The position numbers and the translations under genes were made by a program. From Chiloscyllium plagiosum (taxonomy: Eukaryota), in contig NC_057718.1 of assembly GCF_004010195.1 (NCBI RefSeq), positions 16,890,268-16,954,267 on the forward strand: DNA of 64,000 nt, in the 5' to 3' direction. Positions within the stretch are counted from its first letter, which is position 1. The number at the start of each line of letters is the position of its first letter. Shown one piece after another: positions 41,201-53,599 of the stretch. The notes under the pieces were generated by a model. It worked only from the letters and a program-made list of their open reading frames with translations, did not search any database and had not been told where the DNA came from.

Positions 41201-44200
41201 ACATGCCCGTACCTTATACCCAAACACGATAGGCTCTTTCTTAGCAGCCTTCTGTGCAGCACTTTGTCAGAGATCTTCTGGAAATCCAAATAGATCACAT
41301 TCACTTTGTGTAAGTTGCTTGTTACCTTCCTCAAAGAATTAAAACAGTTTTATTAGGCATGACCGCTTCTTGACAAAACTGTGCTGACTCAGTCCTATTT
41401 TACCATGTACTTCCAAGAGTATTTTTGTTCTTCCTTGGGATGAATTTCTGCTGCGCCTCCCAAATTACCCCAGAAACTTCTGCCACTGCTGTCATCCCTG
41501 CTAGGATCCCATTGCAATATGCTCTGGGCAGCTTTTCCCTCATGTCTTTATTAAAATTGAATAACCGTAACTATATCAATATGTCTAAGTTCCAGTTTCA
41601 ATCTCAAACTGCAGACTGAGATCATCTTATGGTCATGACCCCCAAAGGGTTCCTTCACCTTAAGCTCCCCTGTTCCAATCTGCCTCATTACATATTCTCA
41701 AATCCAGAATTGCCTGTTCCCTGGTAGGCTGTAGCACAAGTTGCTCCAAAACAAAACATCTTGTAGAAATGTCATATGTTCCTTTTTCTTTTGAACCACT
41801 TCCAACCTCATTTTCCCAAACTACCAGAATATTGAAGTCCCCAATGATTATTGTTTTAGTGCCTTTTTTACAAGCTTTTTCTGATTCCTGATTTATTTTC
41901 TGCCACTCATCCTGACTATAGCCAGATAGTCTGTACACAGCTCCCTTCAGGGTCTTTTTCTTTCCCTTTGTGGTCCCCCTACTCTACCCACACAGATTAT
42001 ACACTTTCTGACTCTGTCACTGGCTATCAACTTAATTTCATTTCAATATTGACAAGGCAACCCTGCACCCTCTGTCCACCTGCCTTTCCTTTTGATAGGA
42101 TGGTGTATCCTTTGGAGATTTAGTTTCCAACTCTGATCCCCTTGTAGCTGTGTCTCTGATACCGACAATATGTACTTGCCAATTTCAGCCTGCACTTTAA
42201 GATCGTTTACCTTGTTTCATGTATTGCATGCATTTAAGTACAACACCTTCAGTTCTGTGTTGTGACTCTCCCCCTTCTCATAGTTGTCCCCTTATCTGCT
42301 GTGCTTAGTTAGATTCTGGGGATCCAAGATGGCAGTGACCTAGGAGGATCGCATTTGCTGCCACAACATCGACAGAGGTAGAACCCATCCCACCTATGTT
42401 ACTGTGAGTAAAAAAAAACAGTAAAAGAGCTACAGAACCTGAAAATTTCACATACCTTCGTTTTTGCTGCGGGAGAATGCCAAAGAAAGGAGGAATTTTG
42501 CCCAGGACTGGGGCCACGTCTCAACCCACCGAGGTGGCCATCTTGCTTACTCACCAGGCACTGGTTGAGGAGCTTGCCAAATCTTGCGAGGTTCTGGGAA
42601 AGCAGATTGAAGAGAAGATAGAGAAAAAGCTGTCCCTGGTCTCTGCTATGCTGCATGACCCAGGGAAAAGGACTGATGAGCTCAGGGCCAGACCACACAG
42701 GTGGAGGCAGAAGCTGGTTCATCCCAGAGACTGAGTGAAGCCCTGGAAACATAGGTCTGTGGTTTGCTGGATCTGCTGGATGATCTTGAGAATAGGCACA
42801 GAAGAAAGAACCTCCGTGTCATTGGCATGCCAGAGGGGATGGAAGGTGAGCATCCAATGGAAATTTTTGAGAAGTGGCTCCCGAATTCCTTAATTTGGAG
42901 GCTGAAAAGGGAAGGATGAAGATTGAGAGAGATCAGGTCGTGGCACGAAGGCCAAGAATGGTCCAGCACCCCCTCCCTGTCCTGGTACAGTTCCATCATT
43001 ACAAAAGACAAACAGTCATGGAAGCATCCAGAGCCCAAGGGAAGGATCCAAGGCCATTGGTGTGTCAGGGCTCCAGGGTCATATTCTTTCAAGACTTTTC
43101 AGCAGCAGTGATCTGGAAAAGGAAGTCCTACAATGGCATCAAGAAGAGATTGAGAGAGTTTGGGATGCAGTATTCTCTAAGATATCCAGCAGTGCTTCAG
43201 ATTAATTATAATGGATCTGTATGTTTATTTGACTCGCCAGAGAAAGCAAGGAACTTTGTGGACACGCTGACTTAAGCCAGACGATTGAATAGGCACAGAC
43301 AAGAGAGTTGTTCGGGTTTGTCCCTCTTTAGAGAAGACTTGGAGGAGTGTCCTTTCATTAGTAATAAGTTGTGTTAAATTATGCTCGGAATGAATAGAGT
43401 ATTTACCTTTTAATTTCTAAGTTAAATTATACCAAAAGATGGGTGACGTATTTACTTTAAACTAACTTCTAGATACCCCCTTTGAATGGGGGTAAATTCC
43501 TCTAACCAGTGCCTTTGGTGCTTTTTTGTTTTTTGATAGTTTTTGCAAGTTTTGTAGGTTTGTTGGTTGTAGCTATTTTAGTTTGTAGTTTTTGTTTTGT
43601 GGACTTTCTTGTGCTGAAGGTCAGTGATTTGTAGTTAGTTCTTCCTCTCTGGAGTCTAAATGGTGCTACTGAAGGTTATGGCTAAGGATGTGTTCAAGTA
43701 TTATACCTGGAACATTAAAGGGAGTCACTTGCCGGTCAAGAGGAAGAAGGTACTTTCCAGTCTTAAAGGAGAAAGTGTGGATGTTATCCTATTGCGCGAA
43801 ACACACCTAGATGATGCAGAGCATCTGAAACTTCAACAGAATGGGTATGACCAGGTTTATTTCTCATCTTTTAATACTAGGACCAGGGGAGTGGCTATTC
43901 TGGTAAGGAAGAATCCACCATTTAAGTTGTTAGAGTGTATTAAAGACACAGAAGATTTGTAATCCTTAAAGCTTTGATACATGGGGAGGAATACTGAGTC
44001 TTATGTTAATTGTGCCTCGGCCCACCCCCTCAAGTTCTTGATAGATGTATTTTCTAGACTGGTTAGCCTCACATCTCAGCAGATTGTCGTAGGGGGACAT
44101 TTTAATTGTCTAATATGATAGATTCTGTGGTGGACAGATTGCCCAAAGGCCTTCCAATATCATCACAATCTAAGCAATTAAGGGATTTGTGTGTTGAACT

Positions 44201-44435
44201 GGACAGGTAGATGTTTGGAGGCGCTTTCACCCTACTGGCAGGAATTTTACGTTTTTCTGGAATCCACGCAAATGAATTGATCTCTTTTTGACTCCTGCAG
44301 TGCATTTGGGCTTGGTGGTGTCATGTACAATTGGCAATATCACTTTCTAATCACGCTGCAGCATATCTAATGGTCAAGAGTGAAGATACTATGGTAGGTT
44401 CGAGGCATTGGTGATTGGATCCTTTTATCCTTAAG

Positions 44436-44654
44436 ATTTGCAGGTGTCGATGTTGGACTGGCGTGGACAAAGTTTAAAAATCAGGATTAGAGTGATGCTG
44501 GAAAAGCACAGCAAGCCAGGCAGCATCCGAGGAGCAGGAAAATCTACATTTCGGGCAGGCGCCCTTCCTGATGAAGAGGCAGCATCTCAAAAGCTAGTGT
44601 CTCCAAATAAACCTGTTTGACTAAAACCTGAGGTTGTGATTTTTAACTTTGTTC
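44436..44654. mobile_element. Composite PLE-derived insert: family B inverted arms enclosing a family A fragment
   Basis: 44445-44486 is the reverse complement of the family B 3' end; 44488-44567 is family A (-); from 44568 CTGATGA-A-GAGGC(AGC)ATCTC-AAAAGCTAGTG is family B (+). Confidence 0.65.
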
Positions 44655-44661
44655 ATCCTTG

Positions 44662-47600
44662 AGTCATAGAGATGTACAGCATGGAAGCAGACCCTTTGGT
44701 CCAACCTGTCCATGCCGACCAGATATCCCAACCCAATCTAGTCCCACCTGCCAGCACGCGGCCCATATCCCTCCAAACCCCTCCTATTCAGATGCCCATC
44801 CAAATGCCTCTTAAATGTTGCAATTGTACCAGCCTCCACTACTTCCTCTGGCAGCTCATTCCATACACGTACCACCCTCTGCGTGAAAAAGTTGCCTCTT
44901 AGGTCTCTTTTATATCTTTCCCCTCTCACCCTAAACCTATGCCCTCTGGTCTGGACTCCCCGACCCCAGGGAAAAGACTTTGTCTATTTATCCTATCCAT
45001 GCCCCTCATAATTTAGTATACCTCTATAAGGTCAACCCCCAGCCTCCGAAACTCCAGGGAAAACAGCCTCAGCCTGTTCAGCCTCTCCCTGTAGCTCAAA
45101 TCCTCCAACCCTGGCAACATCCTTGTCAAACTTTTCTGAACCCTTTCAGGTTTCACAACATCTTTCTGATAGGAAGGAGACCAGAATTGCACGCAGTATT
45201 TCAACAGTGGCCTAACCAATGTCCTGTACAGCCGCAACATGACCTCCCAACTCCTGTACTCAATACTTTGACCAATAAAGGAAAATATATCAAACGCCAC
45301 CTTCACTATCCTATCTACCTGCGACTCCACTTTCAAGGAGCTATGAATCTGTACTCCAAGGTCTCTTTGTTCAGCAACACTCCCTAGGACCTTACCATTA
45401 AGTGTATAAGTCCTGCTAAGAATTGCTTTCCCAAAATGCAGCACCTCGCATTTATCTGAATTAAACTCCATCTGCCACTTCTCTGCCCATTGGCCCATCT
45501 GGTCAAGATTCTGTTGTAATCTGAGGTAACCCTCTTCGCTGTCCACTACACCTCCAATTTTGGTGTAAAGGACAAAAAGTAGAGGACACATCACCGATCC
45601 TTGTGGCACTCCACTGGTCACAGGCCTCCTGTCTGAAAAACTACCTTCCACCACCACCCTCTGTCTTCTACCTTTTGAGCCAGTTCGGTATCCAAATGGC
45701 TAGTTCTCCCTGTATTCTGTGAGATCTAACCTTGCTAATCAATCTCCCATGTGGAACCTTGTCGTACGCCTAACTGAAGTCCATATAGGTCACATCTACC
45801 GCTCTGCCCTCATCAATCCTCTTTGTTACGTCCTCAAAAAACTCAATCAAGTTTGTGAGACATGATTTCCCATCAACAAAGCCATGTTGACTATCCCTAA
45901 TCAGTCCTTGCCTTTCCAAATAGATGCACATCCTGTCCCTCAGGATTCTGTCCAACAACTTGCCCACCACGATGTCAGGGTCACAGGTCTATAGTTCTCT
46001 GGCTTGTCCTTACCACCCTTCTTAAACAGTGGCACCACGTTAGCCAACCTCCAGTCTTCCGGCACCTCACCTGTGACGATCGATGATACAAATATCTCAG
46101 CAAGAGGCCCAGCAATCGCTTCTCTCGCTTCCCACTGAGTTCTAGGGTACACCTGATCAGGTCCTGGCGATTTATCCACCTTTATGCATTTAAAGACATC
46201 CAGCACTTCCTCCTCTGTAATTTGGATATTTTGCAAGGTGTCACCATCTATTTCCCTACAGTCTATATCTTCCATATCCTTTTCCACAGTAAATACTGAT
46301 GCAAAATACTCGTTTAGTATCTTCCCCCGTTTTCTTCGGCTCCACACAAAGGCCGCCTTGCTGACCGTTGAGGGGCCCTATTTTCTCCCTAGTTACCCTT
46401 TTGTCCTTACCGTATTTGTAAAATCCCTTTGGATTCTCCTTAATTCTATTTGCCAAAAATATCTCATGTCCACTTTTTGCCCTCCTGATTTCCCTCTTAA
46501 GTATAAAGGCAGTAGGATTATACTTCTTCTAAGGATTCTCTCGATCTATCCTTACATATGCTTCCTTCTTTTTCTTAACCAATCCCTCAATTTCTTTAGT
46601 CATCCAGCATTCCCTATATCTACAAACCTTTCCTTTCACCCTAACATGAATATACTTTCTCTGGATTCTCGTTATCTCATTTCTGAAGGCTTCCCATTTT
46701 CCAGCCACCCATTTTCCCATTTTCGCAGCATGTCTCAATTCACTTTCGAAAGTTTTTGCCTAACACCGTCAAAATTGGCCTTTCTCCAATTTAGAACTTC
46801 AACTTTTAGATCTGGTCCTTTTCCATCACTATTTTAAAACAAATAGAATTATGGTCACTGGCCCCAAAGTGCTCCCCCAGTGACACCTCAGTCACCTGCC
46901 CTGCCTTATTTCCCAAGAGTACGTCACGTTTTGCACCTTCTCTAGTAGGTACATCCACATACTGAATCAGAAAATTTTCTTGTACACACTTAACAAATTC
47001 CTCTCCATCTAAACCCTTAACTCTATGACCGTTCCAGTCTATGTTTGGAAAGTTAAAATCCCCTACCATAACCACCCTATTATTCTTACAGATAGCTGAG
47101 ATCTCCTTACAAGTTTATTTCTCAATTTCCCTGTGACTATTAGGGGGTCTATAATACAATCCCAATAAGGTGATCATCCCTTTCTTATTCCTCAGTTCCA
47201 CCCAAATAATTTCCCTGGATGTATTTCCAGGAATATCCTCCCTCAGCACAGCTGTAATGCTATCCCTTATCAAAAATGCCACTCCCTCTCCTCTCTTGCC
47301 TCCCTTTCTAACTTTCCTGTAGCATTTGTATCCTGAAACATTAAGCTGCCAGTCCTGCACATCCCAGAGCCATGTTTCTGTAATTGTTATGATATCCCAG
47401 TCCCATGTTCCTAACCGTGCCCTGAGTTCATCTGCCTTCCCTGTTAGGCCCCTTGCATTGAAATAAATGCAGTTTAATTTATTAGTCCTACCTTGTCCCT
47501 GCCTGCCCTGACTGTTTGACCCGTTTCTGTTCTCAACTGTACCAGTCTCAGATTGATCACTTTCCTCATTATCTCCCTAGGTTGCATCCCTCCACCTTAC

Positions 47601-49429
47601 TAGTTGAAATCCTCCCGAGCAGGTCCAGCAAATTTCCCTGCCAGTATATTAGTCCCTTCCAATTTAGGTGCAATCTGTCCTCCTTGTCACTTCTACCCTG
47701 AAAGAGATTCAAATGTTCCAAAAATGTGACTCCTCCTTCCATACACCAGCTCCTCAGCCATGCATTCATCTGCTGTATCCTCCTATTCCTGCCCTCACTG
47801 GCTTGTCACACCGGGAATAATCCAGATATTACTACTCTCAAGGACCTCCTTTTTAAATTCCTGCCTAACTCCCTTTAATCTCCCTTCAGAATCTCAACCT
47901 TTTCCCTTCCTATGTCGTTGGTTCCAATGTGGATAATGACCTCTTGCTGGTCTCCCTTCCCCCATGAGAACATTCTGCGCCCTTTCTGAAACATCCTTGA
48001 TCCTGGCACCAGGGAAGCAACACACCATTCTGATTTTTTGCTGCTGGCCACAGAAACGGCTGACTGTCCCTCGGACTAGAGAATCCCCAAACACGATTGA
48101 TCTCTTGGAACCCGACTTACCCCTCATTGCATTAGAGCCAGTCTCCATACCAGAGACTTGGCTGTTCGTGCTACGTTCCCCTGAGAATCCATCTCTTTCA
48201 CCAGCCCCCCCCACCCCCACCGTGCCCGCTATATTTTTCAAAACAGAATACTTGTTTGAAATGGGTTTAGCCACAAAAGACTCCTACACTAGTTGCCAAC
48301 CTCTCTTACCTTTCCTGGAGTTAACCCATCTATGTGACTGTATCTGAGACTTTTTCCCCCATTCCTATAACTGCCATCCATCACATACTGTTGTTGTTGC
48401 AAATTTCTCATTGCTTCTGTCTCTCCAACCGATCCATTCGATCTGATAAGATTCGTAACCAACAGCATTTATTGCAGATGTAATCCGCTGTAATCCTTAA
48501 ACTCTCTGATTTCCCACATCTGACAACCCGCACATTTCACTCTACTAAAGGCCCTTTTTGCTTCTTCTCAATCTATAGACCCCGAAAATAACTCCGTCAT
48601 TAGATTAGATTACAGTGTGGAAACAGGCCCTTCGGCCCAACAAGTCCACACCGGCCGGCCGAAGCGAAACCCACCCATACCCCTACATTTACCCCTTACC
48701 TAACACTACGGGCAATTTAGTATGGCCAATTCACCTGACCCTGCACATCTTTGGACTGTGGGAGGAAACCGGAGGAAACCCACGCAGACACGGGGAGAAC
48801 GTGCAAACTCCACACAGTCAGTCGCCTGAGGCGGGAATTGAACCCGGGTCTCTGGCGCTGTGAGGCAGCAGTCCTAACCACTGTGCCACCGTGCCGCCCA
48901 GTCTTATTCCCCTACAAACAATGCCCCAGGTTAAATTAATAGTTATGGCTTATATTTTTAGTTTAATCAAGAGACATATCTCAAAAAACATATAATCAAG
49001 AAAGATCACTACTGCAGACTTTCTGTAGGTCACACTTAAAGCAACAATACACTTATCTGCTTCTGTGCTGTGAACTTCAGCCAACAGTTCCTCCAAAATC
49101 AGTTGTGAATTTCACTTTGTTAATTTTCCCAGATGCACTCCGATGTCCAGCGATACGTGAATTCAAACAGCAAAGGCAGTGTCTGTTTCTTTCTCTCTCT
49201 CCTGCACTGACCTCACCATGTGCTTCCTTTGTCTGTGCTTCTCCCTTTTAAAACTGTCATTGTTTTGACATTTTTGTTCCAAAGTTCCAAAACAATGCAT
49301 CAGCATATAAAACAGTAATTGTTGCTCCTGGAATTCAAGGAAATGATCTCCAGCACATAAAATATCTCAAAAAAGGAGCAGCTGTTCCAGACAGAAATTT
49401 TTCCTGTCCTCCATCTTGGATTACCCAGA
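44662..49429 (-). mobile_element. Near full-length CR1/HER1 LINE (5' UTR, ORF1 Zn-finger plus SGNH esterase, ORF2 APE-RT; frameshifted)
   Basis: ORF1 IVFGDSLVRG..VCCFPGAR (47894..48274); ORF2 pieces 47115..47360, 46806..47075, 45940..46347 and 45013..45657; flanked by ATCCTTG at 44655 and 49430. Confidence 0.95.
48600..48899 (-). mobile_element. Young full-length HE1-type SINE nested in the CR1 5' region
   Basis: Reverse complement GGGCGGCACGGTGGCACAGTGG..GGGTTCAATTCC; CpGs retained; (ATCTA)n tail. Confidence 0.95.
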
Positions 49430-51514
49430 ATCCTTGGAATAGCAAGTTTACTGAATTCTTGTCTACTGAATTCAGAAGTTTTTTTTTAGACATTAATTCA
49501 GGCTTGGCCATGAATTTTCTGGAACTCATACATTCTCTGGAAAACTGTTAAAGCCTATGATAGGGGGTTAGTTATTTCCTGTTCTGCTAGTAAGAAACAG
49601 TGGAAGGCTGAGCAGCAACGCTTGCTCGAGACACCTCTGATGGCAGCTGAAAAGACATACTTTGATAGGCCTTCATTGGCTAAACTGCAGAGGGTCACAG
49701 CACTTTGGTCCACACTAAACTTCATGCTCCCTCAGACAGCTAAGGGGGAGCTTACATTTGCAAAACAACGGCTGTTTGAGCATGAGGATAAGCCGGGCAA
49801 TTACTTAGCATTTCTTGCCAAGCAGTGCTCCTCAAGCTATTACCTCGATCAGAGTGGATACTGGAAATTTGACCCATGATTCTAAAAGGATTAATGTGTC
49901 ATTTCGGAAATTTTACTCCGAACTGTACCAACCTGTAAGTTGAGGATGGGCGGGTTAGGATATAATCTCCTTTTTTTAAAAAAGAATTTGGACCTTTTGG
50001 GAGCAACTCCTGAACAAGAGTCTCTCCTTCAAGCCCGTTGTCGGTGCAAGAGGTTCAGAAGGCTGTGAGGCAGCTTCAGAATGGAATGGCACTTGGTCCT
50101 GATGGACTTCCCTGTGAGTTTCATAAGGAATTTATAAGTATACTATCAGCACCGATACTTAGGATGTTTAAGGATTCACATAGCCGTGGCCATCCCTCAC
50201 CATATTTGAGAGGCAAACTTCTCTCTTGTAAAATAGGGACGGCCATGGAGTACTGTGCTTCTTATAGGCCCATCTCACTCTTGAATGTCTACTTTAAAAT
50301 CCTATCTAAGGCTCTTGCACTAAGATGAGAAACTGTGCTGCCCTCCATCATTGAGGATCAAACGTGTTTTATAAAAGGTCACAGGTCATTGAATAATGTC
50401 GGGAGGTTACCCAATATGATCAAAGTATGTCAACAATGATCGGCACAGGGATTAGTGATCTCTTTAGATGCGGAGAAGGCATTTGACTGGTTCGAGTGGC
50501 CATATCTTTTTTTATACTTTAAAGCAGTTTGGCTTGGGTGAGGGCTTTATCAGAAGGGTAAAGGTTTTGTATAGTGACCTTCTTGCCACGGGTCCTCGTC
50601 AATGGTGTGCAGTCAAGCAATTTCAATATCCTTAAGGGCAGTTGACAGGGCTGCCCTTATCACCATTGCTTTTTTTTTCTTGGTGATTGAACTGCTGGCA
50701 GAGGCAATATATTGGAATCCCAATATATCTGCCCCAAAAGTGGGGACAAAGTCACCTATTACTGTGGGCTTTTGCTATGTTTCGTTGATCTGTATTATCA
50801 TTACACATGTTTTTGTTTAGTTACTAGTTATTGTTTATTTATGTAATTTGAGTTTCTTTGTATTGTTTTGAATTGTTTTGTGTTTGTTATATTCAAAAAC
50901 CTTTTTTCTTAAATTTTTTTTTAAAGAAGGTTAGAGTCTGTCCTGCTTGTTCTGGAAACTGCTGGATAACCTTTAACCTTTAACCTTTCTCATACAGCTG
51001 AAATCTCGAGGTTTAAAGCTCTGTTCGCTGTCCTAGTTATGTTATTTTCCAGAAGTCTTGATTCCAGCATGATTCAAATGGAGTCTATCCCTTTGGAACA
51101 GGTCCCTCCTTCCCCAGTACTATTGCCAGTGTCCCATGACTTCAAACACATTTCTCCTGTAACAATCTTTGAGCCACTTGCTTTTTGTTTTAAATTTTGC
51201 TGACCCTGTGCTAATTTGCTCTTTGCTCAGGTAATAATCTGAAGATTTTTATCTTTTTGGTTCTGCTTTATAATTTTAGCCCCTAGCTGCTCGCATTACC
51301 TCAAAAGTACCTCTTTCCACCTACACCATTGGTTCTTATGCAGACAACTGGGTTTTTTCCTTTCCTCTCCAAAATCTCTTCACCCAGACACTCACTAAAG
51401 TCTTTGGGGCTCTCAATCCTGGCCACTGTGTCTATTCCTCTTGACCGTACTATCCCTGATTTGCAAGAACATTTACTTCTCCAACCTTCCCCCACCCCCA
51501 CCTTTTGATCTTTT

Positions 51515-51635
51515 AGTTATAAGATTATGTATCCCGCCCCACTAGCTACCTGATGAAGGAGCAGCCCTCCAAAAGCTTGTATTTTCAAATAAACCTGTTG
51601 GACTATAACCTGATGCCATGTGACTTTTCAACTTT
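51515..51635 (+). mobile_element. PLE-derived family B repeat with hammerhead-like motif (51547-51581; G12 mutated)
   Basis: TAC-CTGATGA-A-GGAG(CAGCC)CTCC-AAAA-GC-TT-GTA, then AATAAA. Confidence 0.7.
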
Positions 51636-51699
51636 CTAAATAGTGGACAGGATTTTAGGAAACCTGAATTGAGTTCCTTGTTACAGAATTCCTAAACTT

Positions 51700-52920
51700 T
51701 GATCTACTGTTGAATGCCCTGAGGAACTCCTGAAGTATTGTTCTTGGACTGAGGTGATTTCAACAACAACAGCAATCATCTTTTGTCATAGGTTTGACTC
51801 CAACAGTGAGGAGTCACAATAGACACCATCCCCTGCCCACTTCCCTGTCTTACCTTCAGTGTTCAGCTGAAATATGCTGAATTGTACCAAAAATGTCAGG
51901 AACTGATGGAATAGAAAGCTAAGTGTTATTGAGTAGGTATTTTCGAGCAAGTACTGCTTGACTGCACTGTCAATGACACTTTTCATTACTGATATTCAAG
52001 AATAGATTAGTAACTGACCTGATTGGATTAGTTTACTTTCTGTATACAGGACACATCTGGGCTATTTTACATACTCTTCTAGGTGCATGTACTGTAGCTT
52101 GGTTAGAGGCACAGCAAGTTCTGAAGGACAAGTCTTCAATAATATTGCTGAAATGTTGTCAGGGTTCATAGCCTTTGCAGTTTCCAGTGCTTTCTTAATA
52201 TCAAATGGAGTGGATCGTCTTAGTTGAAGACTGGCAACTGTGACGCAGGAGACTTCAGGAGGAAGTCAAAATGCATCTTTCATTTGATAGTTCTGGCTGA
52301 AGATGGATGCAAGTGCTTCAATTTTGATTTTTGAACTGGTGTTGGTTCCTCCATCATTGAGATTGGGAATATTTATGAAAATGCATCCTCCCTTTAGTTA
52401 CAACTGGATGTAACAGGACTGCAGGCCTTTAATAGGATCTGTTAATTGTGGGATTGTTTTGCTCTATCTGTCACTTGCTGCTTCTGCTGTTTGGCACTCA
52501 GTAATCTTGTAGCTTGACCAGATTGACCCCTCATTTTTTAGGTATTCCTGGTGCTGTTTGTGGAAGAACCTTCAGTACTTTTTTTTAACCAAAGTTGATC
52601 TCCGGGTTGATGGTCATGGTAGAGTGGAAGATATCAGGCCAGAAGATTACAGCTTGTGGTTGAGTCCAATTGTGCTGCTACTGATGGCCTACTGCATCTC
52701 TCAGTTGCTAGATCAGTTGTTTGTGCATCATCACTGCTAATCTTCAATGTAAAACAGGATTTTGTCTCCGTAAGGACTGCAGTGGTCACTCCCGTCAGTG
52801 CTGTCAATGATGGATACATCTGCAGTAAGTAGATTGGTGAGGATTTGGTCAAATAAGCTTTCCCATTCTGGTCCCCTTGCGATTTGCTGCAAACTCACTC
52901 TGACAGTTCTTTTGGACTCA
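51700..52920 (-). mobile_element. Degraded non-LTR retrotransposon (CR1/L2 group), endonuclease-RT linker
   Basis: Minus strand LFDQILTN..GSDHC (end of APE); similar to 58430-59940. Confidence 0.55.
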
Positions 52921-52959
52921 ATCAACTCAACTCGAATTAAAATTTTGGGTTAGAGCCCC

Positions 52960-53400
52960 TGGGTTGGTCACATGTCACAACTGCGTTCCAAATCTTTTTC
53001 AGCCAACTCAAGGAAGATACTGTAACAAGAGGAGGAAAAAGGAAGGGCTACAAAGACTCCCTGCGGGTTTCCCTCAGAAGTACAACATAAATGTCAATGA
53101 GTGGGAGACCCTCTTGGATATGAAACTAACTTGGAAGAAGCTCCAGTTTGATTGGATACAATTCTTTGAGAACACCTGGCAAGAGAAAGTACTGAAAAGG
53201 AACCAGAGAAAGGAATGCCAGTGATTTGAAGGCCAAAGGTCCAATTCCACTTCCTGGAAACACCTGCCAAATTTGTAGTCTGTCAGCTCCAGGATTGGGC
53301 TCATCAGCCATGCAAGGACACACAGGACGCATGACCAGAGACATGCAATTTTCTAGGTGGACAATCAGTCATTAGCGAGTCATTGCAGACAATGACTTAC
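52960..53400 (+). mobile_element. RTE-clade (BovB-like) LINE 3' fragment
   Basis: ..WETL..TWKK..FFEN.. then CQIC..SRIGLISHARTH, a C2H2-type C-terminus typical of RTE. Confidence 0.7.
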
Positions 53401-53599
53401 AGAATAGCTTGGGATTCTGCATAATTTTGCTTGTGTTTTCTTATGACCCCTCTCTGCTCTTCTAATTGCTTTCTTAATGAATAATTTTATTGTCACGTGC
53501 ATTTTACAGTGAGCAAAACAGGAAATAGTGATTTTTTTTTTTGCCTGATGCCACAATCTGGTACCATTTTAAATAGTTTTAAGAGTAAGAAAAAAAAAC

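Larger units (their letters stand above)
42319..50929 (+). mobile_element. L1-clade LINE (ORF1, APE, start of RT, internal deletion, T-rich 3' UTR), interrupted at about 44436-49430
   Basis: ORF1 ENRHRRKNLRVIGMPEG..FFQDFS..YPAVL; ORF2 TWNIKG..KRKKV..ETHL; GPDGLP..YRPISLLN; TSD GTTAGATTCTG (42308) / GTTAGAGTCTG (50930). Confidence 0.88.
40380..51450 (-). mobile_element. Old CR1 LINE split by an L1 insertion (pieces 40380-42318 and 50930-51450)
   Basis: RT/APE ORFs 40578..40985 and 41660..41938; ORF1-like remnants resume after 50940. Confidence 0.75.

Noticed and set aside
46184..46837. Long ORFs such as 46184..46837, 23671..24222, 25140..25523 and 44980..45387
   Set aside because: Antisense or off-frame shadows of CR1 ORF2, recurring in each copy; not genes
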